Notes: generated from the letters alone by a model not told the origin. Shown: positions 16,460-27,973, counted from the first letter of the stretch. The stretch: 64,000 nucleotides of DNA from the human T2T-CHM13v2.0 reference genome, Homo sapiens (GCF_009914755.1 NC_060928.1); one strand, 5' to 3'. Translations and numbers: made by a program.

Positions 16460-18539
16460 TGCAATTTAATTTTAAAGGCGACTGAGGATGGAGGGTAGAA
16501 GATATAAAAAGATACTCAAGAATTTGGGGCAATGTGGATAAAAAAGGACAAAAGTCTATGAAAAAGGTTGAGTTGTCTAAAGAAGAAACTAGACAAACTG
16601 AAGAAGCAGGCTGGTAAACTATGACCAACTAGATAAACATGGCTGGCAGCTTTTATTTCATGAAAAAAAGACAAATGGGAGATACTACAGCTTTGTAAAC
16701 TATGAAATCAAAGCAGCTACTTTAAACAATGATTTACTATTGGTTGTAAGTCAGACTGAAAGACAGTAAAACCAGCAATGCAGACACTGATATAAACCAG
16801 AATCTTATCTGGATCTGTCCTAATGCTTACTGCATAAAAAAAAAAATTGAATCCATGAGATACTGTAAAGAAAGTAATAATAGCTTGGCAACAGATTAAG
16901 GTAAAAAAAAGAAAAGTAAGACGCAAATGTAGCAAGCAGGATAGGGTTGCTGCCAATTATGGGGAAACTATATGAAAGGAAAGGAGATGAGACACAGACA
17001 ATTCCTCATTTTAAGTTTTGTTTTCTATCAAACACAAAAATTCTCAAAACAAAATTTTTATTTTGCTTTAATTAAGAACAAAGTGGTATTCTTCAAATAC
17101 AAAGATGGCATTAGTTTGTTAATCAGTTTTCTATGGGTAGCAGTAGGCTGGTCTGGGCCCCCCATTCACATTCTCTTATCTAGATTGCATTGTGAATAAA
17201 AACTCTTGCAAAGATTACTTGATTACAGATTCAGCTCTTAAGTATGAACTCTATACAGTTAGGCAGGTCCTTAAAATTTTGGACCTATGTCCTTGGTGCT
17301 CTGTTATCTATCAGCCATGAATGCTAGTTATATATACCAAAAGGAAGGAATACTACTAAAAAGAAAAGATAGAAACTTCCCACCAAAAATGTAGGTTATT
17401 ACAATTGAAAGATGAGATTTACTAATGAGGAATAAAAAGTTACATAACATAACCAAAAATCTATATATCTTTGTTGCTCCTCCCAAGACTGCACTATGAC
17501 AGAAGAATTAAAGACCAGGGTTGAAAGTCAGACAAATGAGAGGAATGTAGAGGACACATAACAGCAATTTATCATGCGCACAGCCAATCAGGAAGCAGCG
17601 CACCCATGTAGCCAAACAAGGGATGTAGTATGTGCACAAAGAGGGCATCACACAAAAAAGACTGGTTAAGACCAGTCTGTAGCCCATATCTAACATTTAC
17701 AAAATATAAAATTACACACTGCTTGGTTCCAAAAATGGCAGAATTTTACTCTTTCAAATATAAAAAGATCCAAGAGTACAGAGAACTTCAAAATTTGCAT
17801 GCAAAATTCATCAATATGCCTATTTTACAGAAAGACTTGATACATGTCTTAACCATCCAACTACTCATCAGCATCACAGATTCCATTTGTCCAATGCACA
17901 CTATTAGAAGGTGCCACAATTTACATCTTTTAAAATAGAAAACATTTGATAGTGCTTGAAAAAAACAGCTGTATAAACAAAGTCTTTTGGATAGCAGACC
18001 CATCCATACCAGTCCCATCAATCCAGATTTCTAAGTAAATCTACTCTTATGGGGTTTACATGGCAACAGTGACAAGATGAGGGAGAAGTTAGTGGTAAGA
18101 TAAAGGAGCAGGAGACAAGAAGCATCCAGAAAGTAGCAACAAGTTGATTAACAGGAAAAGTAAAATAGAGAGTAGATACCGACAAAAAGCAACTTCAAGA
18201 TGATCTAGTATGATATAAATTTTTTAAATGAGCTAAAAATAATTTATTGTATTCAGTTACCACATAGCCAAAAGATTCCTTTCGGTATCAAAGGCCTTCC
18301 TGGTTTCATACATAAAAAGCCAGGATTAGACTAAGTGATACCCTGTGATTCTAAAACTATAATTCTATGGCTCTAGAATAGTCTAGAATACAGACCATTC
18401 AAGCCCTTACTATCTTTTCTTTAACATGTTCCATGATCTTTTCACTGTTCATCAGGATTCCTACCAGAAAGAATCTATTGGCAAAAACGTTAAGAGTTCA
18501 AAGCTGCTAATAACCTGTGTAAACCAATCATACTAGCAA

Positions 18540-18750
18540 ACACTTAGGGAATGCTTTCTATATGAAAGACACATATCAACATATATTAACACAAAATTAG
18601 CAAACAACCTGATTATCTCCAATTTACAGATTAAGAAACTAAAGTATAGACAGGTTAAGCTATTTGACCACACTGCTAAGTGGTAACAACAGGATTCAAA
18701 CACAAGTAGTCTAGCTCTAGAACCTTTATGTTTATTTGCTGTTTTACACT
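18540..18750 (-). mobile_element. MIR fragment
   Basis: CCAATTTACAGATTAAGAAACTAAAG...AGGATTCAAAC is the reverse MIR core. Confidence 0.65.
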
Positions 18751-18859
18751 ACCAAAATAAAAGATTTGAGGAAAAATAAATTAAGCTATAGGTTTGGTTA
18801 TTATTAACAGGCTTTAATTAAGTGGTATCATGGTAATCAAGAGTTGGCTGGAGCAACTA

Positions 18860-19148
18860 CTGTACAGAACTGAACTATGCAAAGTGAAAGCCATTTGCTA
18901 CATGTGACTATTAAGCCACCTAAAATGTGTCTAGTCCAAATTGGGATGTGCTATCAATGTAAAATACCTGATTTTGAAGACTTAATATTTTTGAAAAATA
19001 TAAACTAACTCAATAATTTCTATATGGATTGGTGTTAAAATGATAATATACTTAACACATTAGGATAAATATGCTTTTTAAATGTGGTTATTAGAAGACT
19101 TAAATTTACATGTTTTACTTCCATTATATTTCTACTGCACAACACTGT
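18860..19148. mobile_element. MER3/MER33-like hAT-Charlie element
   Basis: GCTACATGTGACTATTAAGC...AAATGTGTCTAGT...TTTTTAAATGTGGTTATTAGAA. Confidence 0.7.
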
Positions 19149-19299
19149 TATGTAGGAAAGATACTGAAGTTTACAGAATGATTCTAAACCAATCTTTGTC
19201 ATTCTGTTTTGCTGCTGTGCCCTTAGACAAAATGGTTACAGTGATTATCAGCTTCTGTATCATAAAAATCAGGTTTAAAAACAGTCCTAAAACCTACTG

Positions 19300-20440
19300 C
19301 TTATATTTTGGTATCTAAGTCTATTTTCCACTGAAAAGAATGGAGGTAAATTTGGAAAAGGAGCTCATGCCACAGCTTGGACAGATAAAATACAAAATTA
19401 AGCTGGAGTATCTTGTTTTTGCAGAAATAACACTGGAACCAGCTTGATGAGACACCCATTGGCCAAACCTGGGACAATTTGTGAATCAAAATAATGACAG
19501 CAATGGATTTAACCACTGAATAAAATTAAAAATCCATGAGTTCATACAGATAAAAACAACTGAGTAAATAATGGAGATGGGAAAGATTACCTTATGTCTG
19601 AATGTCAACTAATAATTATAGAAGGAATGAAGTCAGATAATCATCAACTGATGCTAAAACTTGTGGGTGAAACTTTGATTATACTATGTAAATATACTGT
19701 TCCCCAAAATAATTTTTCCACAAATTGCATATTAGTTACAATGAGATAAATAATAACTTTCAGGGATACATATGAGGAATACCAGCTTAACAAAATTTTC
19801 AAAGCTAACATCACCAACATTGGTACACACCAACATCATGAATCTCAAGATATGATGTACTAAGAAGGGCAGAACATCTCTTAAGTGGTATTCCTGCCAA
19901 AATGCATAACCAATCTAATCATGAGAAAGCAACAGATAAATTCAAATTGAGGGACATTCTACAAAATAGCTGCCCTGTACTTTTAAAAATGTCAAGGTCA
20001 AGAAATAGTAAGGTTGACGAAGTGTTCCCAATTGAAAGTGACTAAGGAGACATAATTACCAAATGTAATGCATGATCCTGAAGTGGATCCCAGAATAAGA
20101 GGAAAAAAAGCTAACAGAAAAAATAGATAAACAGATATAATCTGAATATGGACCATAAATTGGGTAACAGTGTATCAGCATTAAATCTTCTGGTTTTAAT
20201 AACCTCACTGTAATTAGGTAAGACAGTATCCTTGTTTTTTAAAAATATACACTGAAGAATTTAGGGGTAAAGAGGTTGATGTCTCTGAATTACTCTCAAA
20301 CTGTTCTGAAAAAATATAGAGAGATCAGTATAAAGCAAGAATGATAAACACAGCAAAATGTAAAACAACAAATGTAGGTACATAGGAGTTCTATTCTTCC
20401 AACTTTTAAGATTGAAATTACATCAAAATACAAAATTTTT
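19300..20440 (+). mobile_element. Old L1M (L1MC4/5-like) 3' region
   Basis: AATCCATGAGTTCATAC, AAATTCAAATTGAGGGACATTCTACAAAATA and GAATTTAGGGGTAAAG motifs. Confidence 0.7.
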
Positions 20441-21482
20441 AAATATTGGCCAGTCTCCCAGATCAGATATCCTAATGGACTATACAAGTCCTGATGATGT
20501 TTAAAAATATACAGGTGTATTTATTTTATTCTAGACCTGTTTTAAATTGTATGACTTATCAAATGCTAATTATATTATACATTTCATAAGATCCAGGACT
20601 ATATTTGCTATTTCTCAATATCATAGTTAGTACTAGGATACTATTTACTACATCCAATAAGCACTCGAACATTTGTGACATGAGCTACTGAAAACTATAA
20701 CACAGTACAGTATAGGATAATTATAGAAAAACAGTCAAATTATAGAAAGTACCACAATGTAAGTAGAGATATTAATTGGGACAAAAGGTTGTAGGACAAC
20801 TCTTCAATGAAAAGAAAACTATGTGGAATGAACCAGAACAGTAGTTAAAAATCTAACATAAAGAGATGAATGCCACAATTAGAGGAAGGTAAATATCTCA
20901 TTCCATATTAAGAGTTAAACGTTTACCTTTGTGGCTAACTACAAGCAGTCATGACAACTAAAACAACTTTCTACCCTATAAAATTAGAATATTATATGAG
21001 TTATAAAATGAATCAGATTAGAGTTAGGCTAAGAACTGAGATTCAAAATCTCATTAGGGGCTCAATACTAATTTGCTGTACAACCCTGAGACGCTGCCTA
21101 CAATTCCATATCTCACTTAAAATTAAGATGTTTGGATCATTTCCTTTACCAAAAGACAAGAAGGATATTATTTTATAAAAATGATTGTAAGCAATGAGAG
21201 CACCGAATATTATATATATACTGAATATACACATATGTGTACGCATATATATTCACACATGTATACACATGCAAAGGGAAAATAATATGGCTTTTTTATA
21301 AATATGTTTATAAAGTAATGAATGTAAGGCACATTAATAGCAAAAGGTAATTATCCAAACTCCATTTAATCCCAATTCACACTATAAATAAGTGCTTAAC
21401 ACCTAAGATGCTAAAAAAAGCCCAATCGACAAGTGTATACTCTGTTTAAATGGATGTTATTGTTTATTTTAAAATAACAATG

Positions 21483-21705
21483 GGATTCGAGACCAGCCTG
21501 GCCAACATGGTGAAACCTAGTCTCTACTAAAAATACTAAAATTATCTGGGCGTGGTGGCGGACGCCTGTAATCCCAACTATTCGGGAGGCTCAGGCAGGA
21601 GAATCGCTTGAATCCAGGAGGCGGAGGTTGCAGTGAGCTGAGATAGCACCGCTACACTCCAGCCTGGGCGACAGTAAGACTCCATCTCAATAAATAAATA
21701 AATAA
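21483..21705 (+). mobile_element. 5'-truncated AluS
   Basis: Begins at TTCGAGACCAGCCTGGCC, has a (TAAA)n tail, and AAATAACAA occurs on both flanks. Confidence 0.9.
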
Positions 21706-23203
21706 CAAAGAATATGAGACAGGTTTTAATAGGGCTTAATTAGGATGGAGACTGTGGGAAACAATTCTCAAATATAGTTAGAAGCCAGGGACAAAATTTC
21801 TTTTCACATACGATACAATGTAATCACATATTGCAATAAAAGTGTAATACAGTAGTAACTTTCAATGTCTTCCAATTTTACTTGAATATACAAGTAGGTA
21901 AGGCAAAAAGATATTCTAGTCCCCTTTTCCATCAAATCCAATGAATTGTGTTTCATTTAAAGTTTGACTATTTTTCAAGTCTATCTATTTTTATGATGCA
22001 AAGCTATACTTAATGTATCTAAATAAGCAAGAAGACCAGAAAAAAAAAACCAACCAAAATATTCCAAAACATAAAAAGACATCCTCAAATCACTTTGTGC
22101 CTTGACAAAACTTAACAGTAATATCATAAGCCAGTGTTGCAATGCTGTCATCCTACCTAATTCTACCTAAATGAGCTCAGTAATTTCTAAATTGGTTTCC
22201 AGAAGAGATCTTTACATAAGCAATTATCAAAAACAGCCCATTTTGTATTCAAGAAGCACAAACAACAATATTTAGTTTTTTAAACAATTTATATAAAGAA
22301 TACCTAGAGGTTTTTTTTTACACTTCATAAACTAAAATCACTTACGAATACTTGACTAAAGCTATTTCTCATCATCTTTCCTTAGAGAAGACCAAAATAC
22401 ATTTTTCGTAAGGGCAAAACAAAAGCAGTAAATTACTTAAACATCACTTAAATGCCCCCTAAAGTAACCTTCCTTTCTCATACATTTTCCTATATTCATC
22501 GCGTTCTGCGGTACACATTTCTGAACTGAAATTGTATTAAGTTTAACCTAATACGATCTCTTCTCTACTAGTCAAAAAAAGATCTTAAGACGTTAACCAA
22601 ATACATGGGAGGCGGGGTCGGGGGTGCGAGGTGGTGCCAGAGCAGATGGAAACAAGGTAAGAGAGTTGTTTTCTTAAGACACTAGGGTTACTCCCCAACT
22701 CCAAATGCCAAGATTCACTCGCCAGTAGAGCAAGCTGCTGCCACTATCCACTGCTTACACAATACAACCTTCCTTTCTACCTCTTCCCCTACACTCCCAC
22801 CCATAACCCCCTTCCAAAACAAACACCCACAACGCGCCCCATTCCATAATCCGTGTTCGCCCCTCTAAGCCCACTAAACCAACCTGCTGGATAACAGCTC
22901 TATGCATTCGTCTTAGGCAAAAAAAGAAAAAAAAAAAAGCGACTGCAGCAAGGTCGGGAGTCCCACCATTCCTGTCACCCTAAACAATCCACAGGGTGAG
23001 AGCCCCAAGCCCAGAAGTTTGAGGCAAAACGATTCAGATCCAACCAAAAAGAGGGAATTGCAGTTGAATGGGGATGGGAGGTGGGGAGGGCGATGCGTAT
23101 GCGTGTATATGTGTGTGTGTGTGTAAGGAAGAGTCCATCACATGACAGTGAAAGAGGACCAGAGTCGTCGGGGCGTCCGCAAGCAGACGGGGGGGAGGGT
23201 GTC

Positions 23204-23217
23204 GTTGCCGTGGCAAC
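23204..23217. promoter_or_regulatory. RFX X-box
   Basis: GTTGCCGTGGCAAC, one mismatch from the palindromic consensus GTTGCCATGGCAAC. Confidence 0.7.
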
Positions 23218-23944
23218 ACCCCCCATCCGTCCAGACTTCCAAAGAGGGAGGAAGAACTTCAAATCCCAACCGTCAGCGCTCAAGCGGCTCCTTCTTAAAG
23301 GGGTACACACAGCGCCGCCGCCGAGCGCGAGAGGGCAGAGTTGGGCGCCCCCCGCCCCTCGGACGACGCCCCCGCCGCCCCTCGCCCCCAGCCGGCCCAT
23401 CAGCGGCCCCCGCCCTGCGAGTGCCCGTGGGTCTCCAGGTCCAGGTCCCCGGGAACTGGCCGCGTCTGCTCACCCGGCCCCCGGCGGCGACAAGGGGGTG
23501 TGTGTGCGCTCGGCGGGGGCGCGGACCAGCCCGCCTTCCTCCGGCCGCCCTGCCCGCCGGCTCCCCTCCGCCAGGGCGCCGACCCACCGGGCCGCTTCCT
23601 CCGTCCTGTCAGGGTGGACGGCGGGCGACGGCGGGCAGCGACGGGCGCCGAGGAGTTTCGGGGAGAGAGCGAGCGGGCGGCTTCCGCGGGGGCTCAGCAA
23701 GCGGGTCCAAACTAACAGTTCCCGGGGAGCCCAAGAGCTGGGAAGGCGAAGGAGCGCGGACCGCGCCGGGCCAGCAGCCCGCAAGACAAAAGGCGAGCGC
23801 CGGGGCCGCCGCGCCGCGCCGCTCCCATCTCGCTCCCCCACCGAACTAACCCGAACGGGAGATTCAACTAAACCCCTCAGCCACAAACTCCTCGGGCTGC
23901 GACAGCGGTCGCCGCGCGGAGCCCGGGGCCCCGGCCCGCGTCTC

Positions 23945-23953
23945 TCTTACCTA
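23945..23953 (-). other. LCORL: 5' splice donor of LCORL intron 1
   Basis: Minus strand reads TAG|GTAAGA, with GT at 23950-23949. The intron runs past base 1 of the window. Confidence 0.9.
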
Positions 23954-24104
23954 CACAGTGCATGAGGCGGTGGCGCCAAGAGTCGAGTTCCCGCCGGAAT
24001 CCTCTTCTCTCCGCCGCGCACCGAGGGCTCCGGCACTGAGCGGCGGCGGCGGCGGCGGCAGCAGCGGCGGCGGCAGCGGCCATTCTCTCTCTTCCCTTGT
24101 CCAT
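23951..24104 (-). CDS. LCORL: LCORL (ligand-dependent nuclear receptor corepressor-like; the locus also yields PALI2) first coding exon, 154 nt, phase 1
   Basis: Translates [51 protein letters not shown](G), which I recognise as the LCORL N-terminus. It ends at a canonical donor; the remainder of ORF 23877-24104 is intron read-through. Confidence 0.95.
24039..24080 (-). repeat. LCORL: Coding GCN trinucleotide repeat, 14 Ala
   Basis: GCC GCT (GCC)3 (GCT)2 (GCC)6 GCT. Confidence 0.97.
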
Positions 24105-24212
24105 CTGCGTCCCGCGTCACGCGCCCTCATTTACATACGAGCAGCGCAGGCACGAGGCAGGGGCGCGAGCCCTCGGCGCGAGCCCCGGAGCGCGCGCCCC
24201 CCGGAGGGGGGT

Positions 24213-24228
24213 TGATTGACACGTGTCA
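24213..24228. promoter_or_regulatory. Composite PBX-TALE / E-box palindrome
   Basis: TGATTGACACGTGTCA: TGATTGACA overlaps the perfect 12-bp palindrome TGACACGTGTCA, which contains CACGTG. Confidence 0.6.
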
Positions 24229-26419
24229 CTACCTTCCCTCTGCCCTGCCCTCCCCCTCCCACCGCTCCCTCAGGGAGAGGCGGGGAGGGAGCCAGAGGAG
24301 AAGGAAGCAACCTGCCGCTTCCGCTGACCCCGCCTCCCCACCCACTACCCTCCTCCCCCTCCCGCTGGAGTTTACTCAGGCGAGCCATACCGCTCCCGCC
24401 GCCCGCGAAAACCCTGAGCGGGAGCGAGAGACCCGGAGCCCAGCCAGGAACCGGCGTGCTAGTGGAGCGGACTAGCAACGCCTACTTTCTGCCTTCACTA
24501 CGGGACTCCGACAGTCCGGAGACTTCACTTCCCAGGCTCCATTTCGCCAGGATCCCGAAGCTGAACTTGGCGCCGTGGCGCGTTGCTTGCCGGTCATTGT
24601 AGTCCAGAAGAAAGGATTTTTTTTGTTTGTTTGTTTTTCTTCCCCCCCGCACTTGGGTATGCAGGCTGGCCTGCAACTTCTCTGCGCCGCGCCGCTGGGG
24701 GGCTGAGTCTGTCGCTCCCTGCGCCCGGAACCATGCGCTGCCCGGTGGCCGGGTCTGACCCGACTGCTTTAGCTTCCTTAGGCTCCGCGATAGAAGGGTG
24801 GTGGAAGCCGCAAGAGTTGTCGGCTCCTTGTGGGTTCAGGCTGCGCTTTGCGTTTTAAGTGCTGGAAACTTTCCGGGGTCGCTGTCTTCCTGTCACTCCG
24901 CAGGGAAAGGGCAAGCCGGTCATTCGGCTACATCTGGAATAACTGCCAAACGTCCAGAGAGAGATCCCGGAGTGACTTCGGTATTCAAGGCGAAGAGATC
25001 TCGGAAAGCCAGAATATTTGCAAGGACTAGGAAAAAGATGCGGGTTTTTTTCACTGAAAATTACTTGCAGGGGACTGGGTGTAGCCGGCTGAAAACTGCA
25101 GAAGGAAAATTTTCTTTATAAGCTCCTGGAGGGCAGCGACCCACTGAGATCTCTGTACCGTGACATCTGTCACTCGCTAGACCCTAGTACAGTGCGTGAC
25201 ACGGGATTAAGCACTTTACAAAGGTTAATGGAATGAATTCTACCACGTGCTAGAGAAAATAACTTCTTCAGAGAGAGCTAGAGAGGAATCTTACGTTTAA
25301 ATACAGACTCCAATCACAGTTTTTACTTTTGCACCAGAGCGATTGTGCGTTTGTTTCCGTATAAGTGCAGTTTATCAAGCCGAAGCTAAGCTACCCAACG
25401 TTTGCTAAGAAGTACTGTGTATTTCTGGAAATTTATTCACAAGTCTGTGGGAAATATGTTTAATTCTTCTTGGAAATCTCATAAACTCTGAATTCAGTAC
25501 CACCTTCCCTGTTTTGTGGCTTATCCTTATCCACCTTCTTTTTCTTCCTATGAGAAAGTATTTCTTTGCTCATTATGACTTCAGTAGTGAAGATGTAATT
25601 TTGCATCTTCATAAGTTAAAAATAATAAAGTTTGAACGCATAATCACCTTTTCTAGAACGGTCACAATTGGAGTGCAGGTGAAATCACTAGTGAAGGTGA
25701 TTTTGGAATTGTCAGTGGATGGTTTTAGTTAACCACTTCCACTCACAATTGCCACGATGATCAGCCTTTGCAGTTTTCCTGATCACTTTTATAGTAATCT
25801 ACATTAGTTAGGATGGGAAAAATTATGGTGCAGTAATAAATGATCCAAGAATCTTAGTGGCTTAAAACAACAACAAAAAACTATTTCCTGATTATCTACA
25901 TGTTCATCTCTGGGTGGCAGGAGGAGGGGGCTTCATTCCATGTGGTCTCACTAAGCAACTGGATCCTTAAAGAGGCTGGAATCTCTGCAACGTCCCCCCT
26001 TGGGTGATAGGCAAAAGGAAGATGAAGAATGGCGAACTGGTTCTTCCTAAAAGTGATACAAGTCAGTTCTCACATTTCATTGACCAAAGCGAATTATTCG
26101 GGCGTATCTATCTTAAAGGGAGCAGGGAAGTGCGATCCTATTATATGTGCAAAAAGAAGATAACCAGAATTTATTGGTAAATAGTATCAAGGATTACTGT
26201 GATCTATCCTTCTAGTCACCAGTTTACAGTTCACTTTCTTCACACTACAAAATAGATTTACTCCTATCACAAAGTGAGACAATCCAAAAGTTCTGTTCAG
26301 TAAAGGCATTAATCTCAAAGTCTGGCATCTCTGGGTGATGGTTGGTAGTCTCCATATTGGAACTGGATAAAGCTTCTCTTGTTATAGACAACTAAAAAGA
26401 TAAGGTATTCTCCCCAGAT

Positions 26420-26440
26420 CTCTCTCACTCGCGATCTCTC

Positions 26441-26478
<38 letters not shown>

Positions 26479-26492
26479 GACACACACGCACA
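26420..26492. repeat. (CT)n(CA)n microsatellite
   Basis: Directly visible. Confidence 0.9.
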
Positions 26493-26521
26493 GTGATGGA
26501 ATAGGGACTAAATAGACATGG

Positions 26522-26902
26522 TGTCTTAGTCTATTTTGTGCTGCTGTAATGGAATACCGCTGACTGGGTAATTTATATGAAGAGCAGACATTTATTGCTC
26601 ATGGTTCTAGGGCCTAGAAAGTCCAAGATCAGGGTGCTGGCATCTAACAAGGGCCTTCTTGTTACATGGCCCCACAGTGGAAAGGCAAAGAGAAGGCAAG
26701 TGAGTAAAAGGGGGCCAAACTCATCCTTTTATAATGAACTCACTCCTGCTATAAAGAATCCACTCCCTTGATAATAGCATTAATCCATTCACTATGCCCT
26801 CATAGCCTGTCACTTCTCATTAGGCCACAGTTCCCAACACTGTTGCATTGGAGTTTATGTTTCCAACATGTGCTTTTTCGTGGGCAAATTCAAACCACAG
26901 CA
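26522..26902 (-). mobile_element. MST-family solo LTR
   Basis: TGTCTTAGTC...AAACCACAGCA; TSD CATGG/TATGG. Confidence 0.8.
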
Positions 26903-27451
26903 TATGGTAAACATTCCTGTTTAGAAAGGAGAAAAATGGGAGACACACATGAACCGTTTCAGCAAATATTTTACGACAGTTAGCATCTCCAACTTTCCAG
27001 CCTCTGACAATTTCCTTGCTACCACCCACTGAGCCTCTAAGTTAAAGCCACATATTTTAGATTTTCTGTTATAACTGTACCTCCTTCTGGGTGCCAATTT
27101 ATATATTAGTTAGAATGTGCTATGTTCTGCTCCAGTAACAAACCCAAAATCCAGTAAACTCAAAACCTCAGTGATTTAATACAAAGGTTAATACAAAAGT
27201 TTATTTCATAGTACACTATCTGTCTTCCAAAGGTCAGTGTGGAAAAGGGTGGAAAGAACATGAGCCCTATAAGCCTCATGTCCATCTCGGGACTGAGGCT
27301 TCTGGGGCTATGCCATTTGGAAGCTCCCCAGTCACCATGACGAGAAAGATGATGCTAAATCACAGTCCAACTCTTAAAGGCTTCTACCAGAAGTGACACA
27401 TTTCAGTAGATGAAGCAAATTTTATGGTCATGCCTGACTTTTAAGGAGTTA

Positions 27452-27973
27452 TATATTAGATAGCTTTGAGGGCAGGACAAACTACCCCACAACTTAGTAC
27501 CTTGAAACACCAACTAATCATTTAGCTCATAATTCTGTGGAATGAAAATTTGTGCTAGGCTCAGCTGGACATTTCTGTTGGCCTCTACTGGACTCACTCA
27601 GGTGTTTGTGGTCAGCTGCCTGTCAGCAAGGCAGCTCTGTTTCTGAGGATTCACTGACTGTCAGCTAGGAACACAGAGCAATGAGGCCAAGTATCATCAA
27701 GAGGCCAGTCCTAGCCCTAGCTTATTCACATGGTGGCAGTCAGAGGGATCCAAAGTGCTGCAAGAGAAGAAGTCCCCATGCACACTTTTCAAATCTCAGT
27801 TTGAGTCACATTTGCTCTGGTTTCAATGGCTAAAGCAAGTCACATGGCCAAGCCCAGAGTCGATATGGGGAGATAGATTCTACCTCTTAATAGAAGGATC
27901 TGCAAGTCACATTGCAAAGGGATTTGGACAGAGGGAAATAAATAATTTGTGGCCACTTTTGTAGTCTATCACA
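27452..27973 (-). mobile_element. MLT1 (G/H-like) solo LTR nested in the MLT1I-like LTR
   Basis: AACTACCCCACAACTTAGT...GGCTCAGCTGG...AAGCAAGTCACATGGCCAAGCCCAGAGTC...TCTATCACA. Confidence 0.65.

Larger units (their letters stand above)
23080..25050. promoter_or_regulatory. LCORL: CpG island / LCORL promoter
   Basis: Abrupt very high GC and CpG density against an AT-rich background; encloses the first coding exon and several GC-box-like tracts. Confidence 0.93.

Noticed and set aside
21210-21272. Palindrome TACACATATGTGTA in an alternating tract
   Set aside because: By-product of (TA/CA/TG)n low complexity.
22911-22938. Minus-strand poly-T tract ending in CCTAAG, acceptor-like
   Set aside because: An AAG acceptor is weak and I found no convincing paired donor.
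23877-23950. C-terminal part of the 75-aa ORF (KRDAGRG...)
   Set aside because: Lies beyond the GTAAGA donor; intron read-through.
23081-23965. 294-aa plus-strand ORF and the other long ORFs overlapping the CpG island
   Set aside because: Low-complexity R/G/P/A/S products, open in several frames on both strands. This is expected from stop-codon scarcity in GC-rich DNA, and no domain is recognisable.
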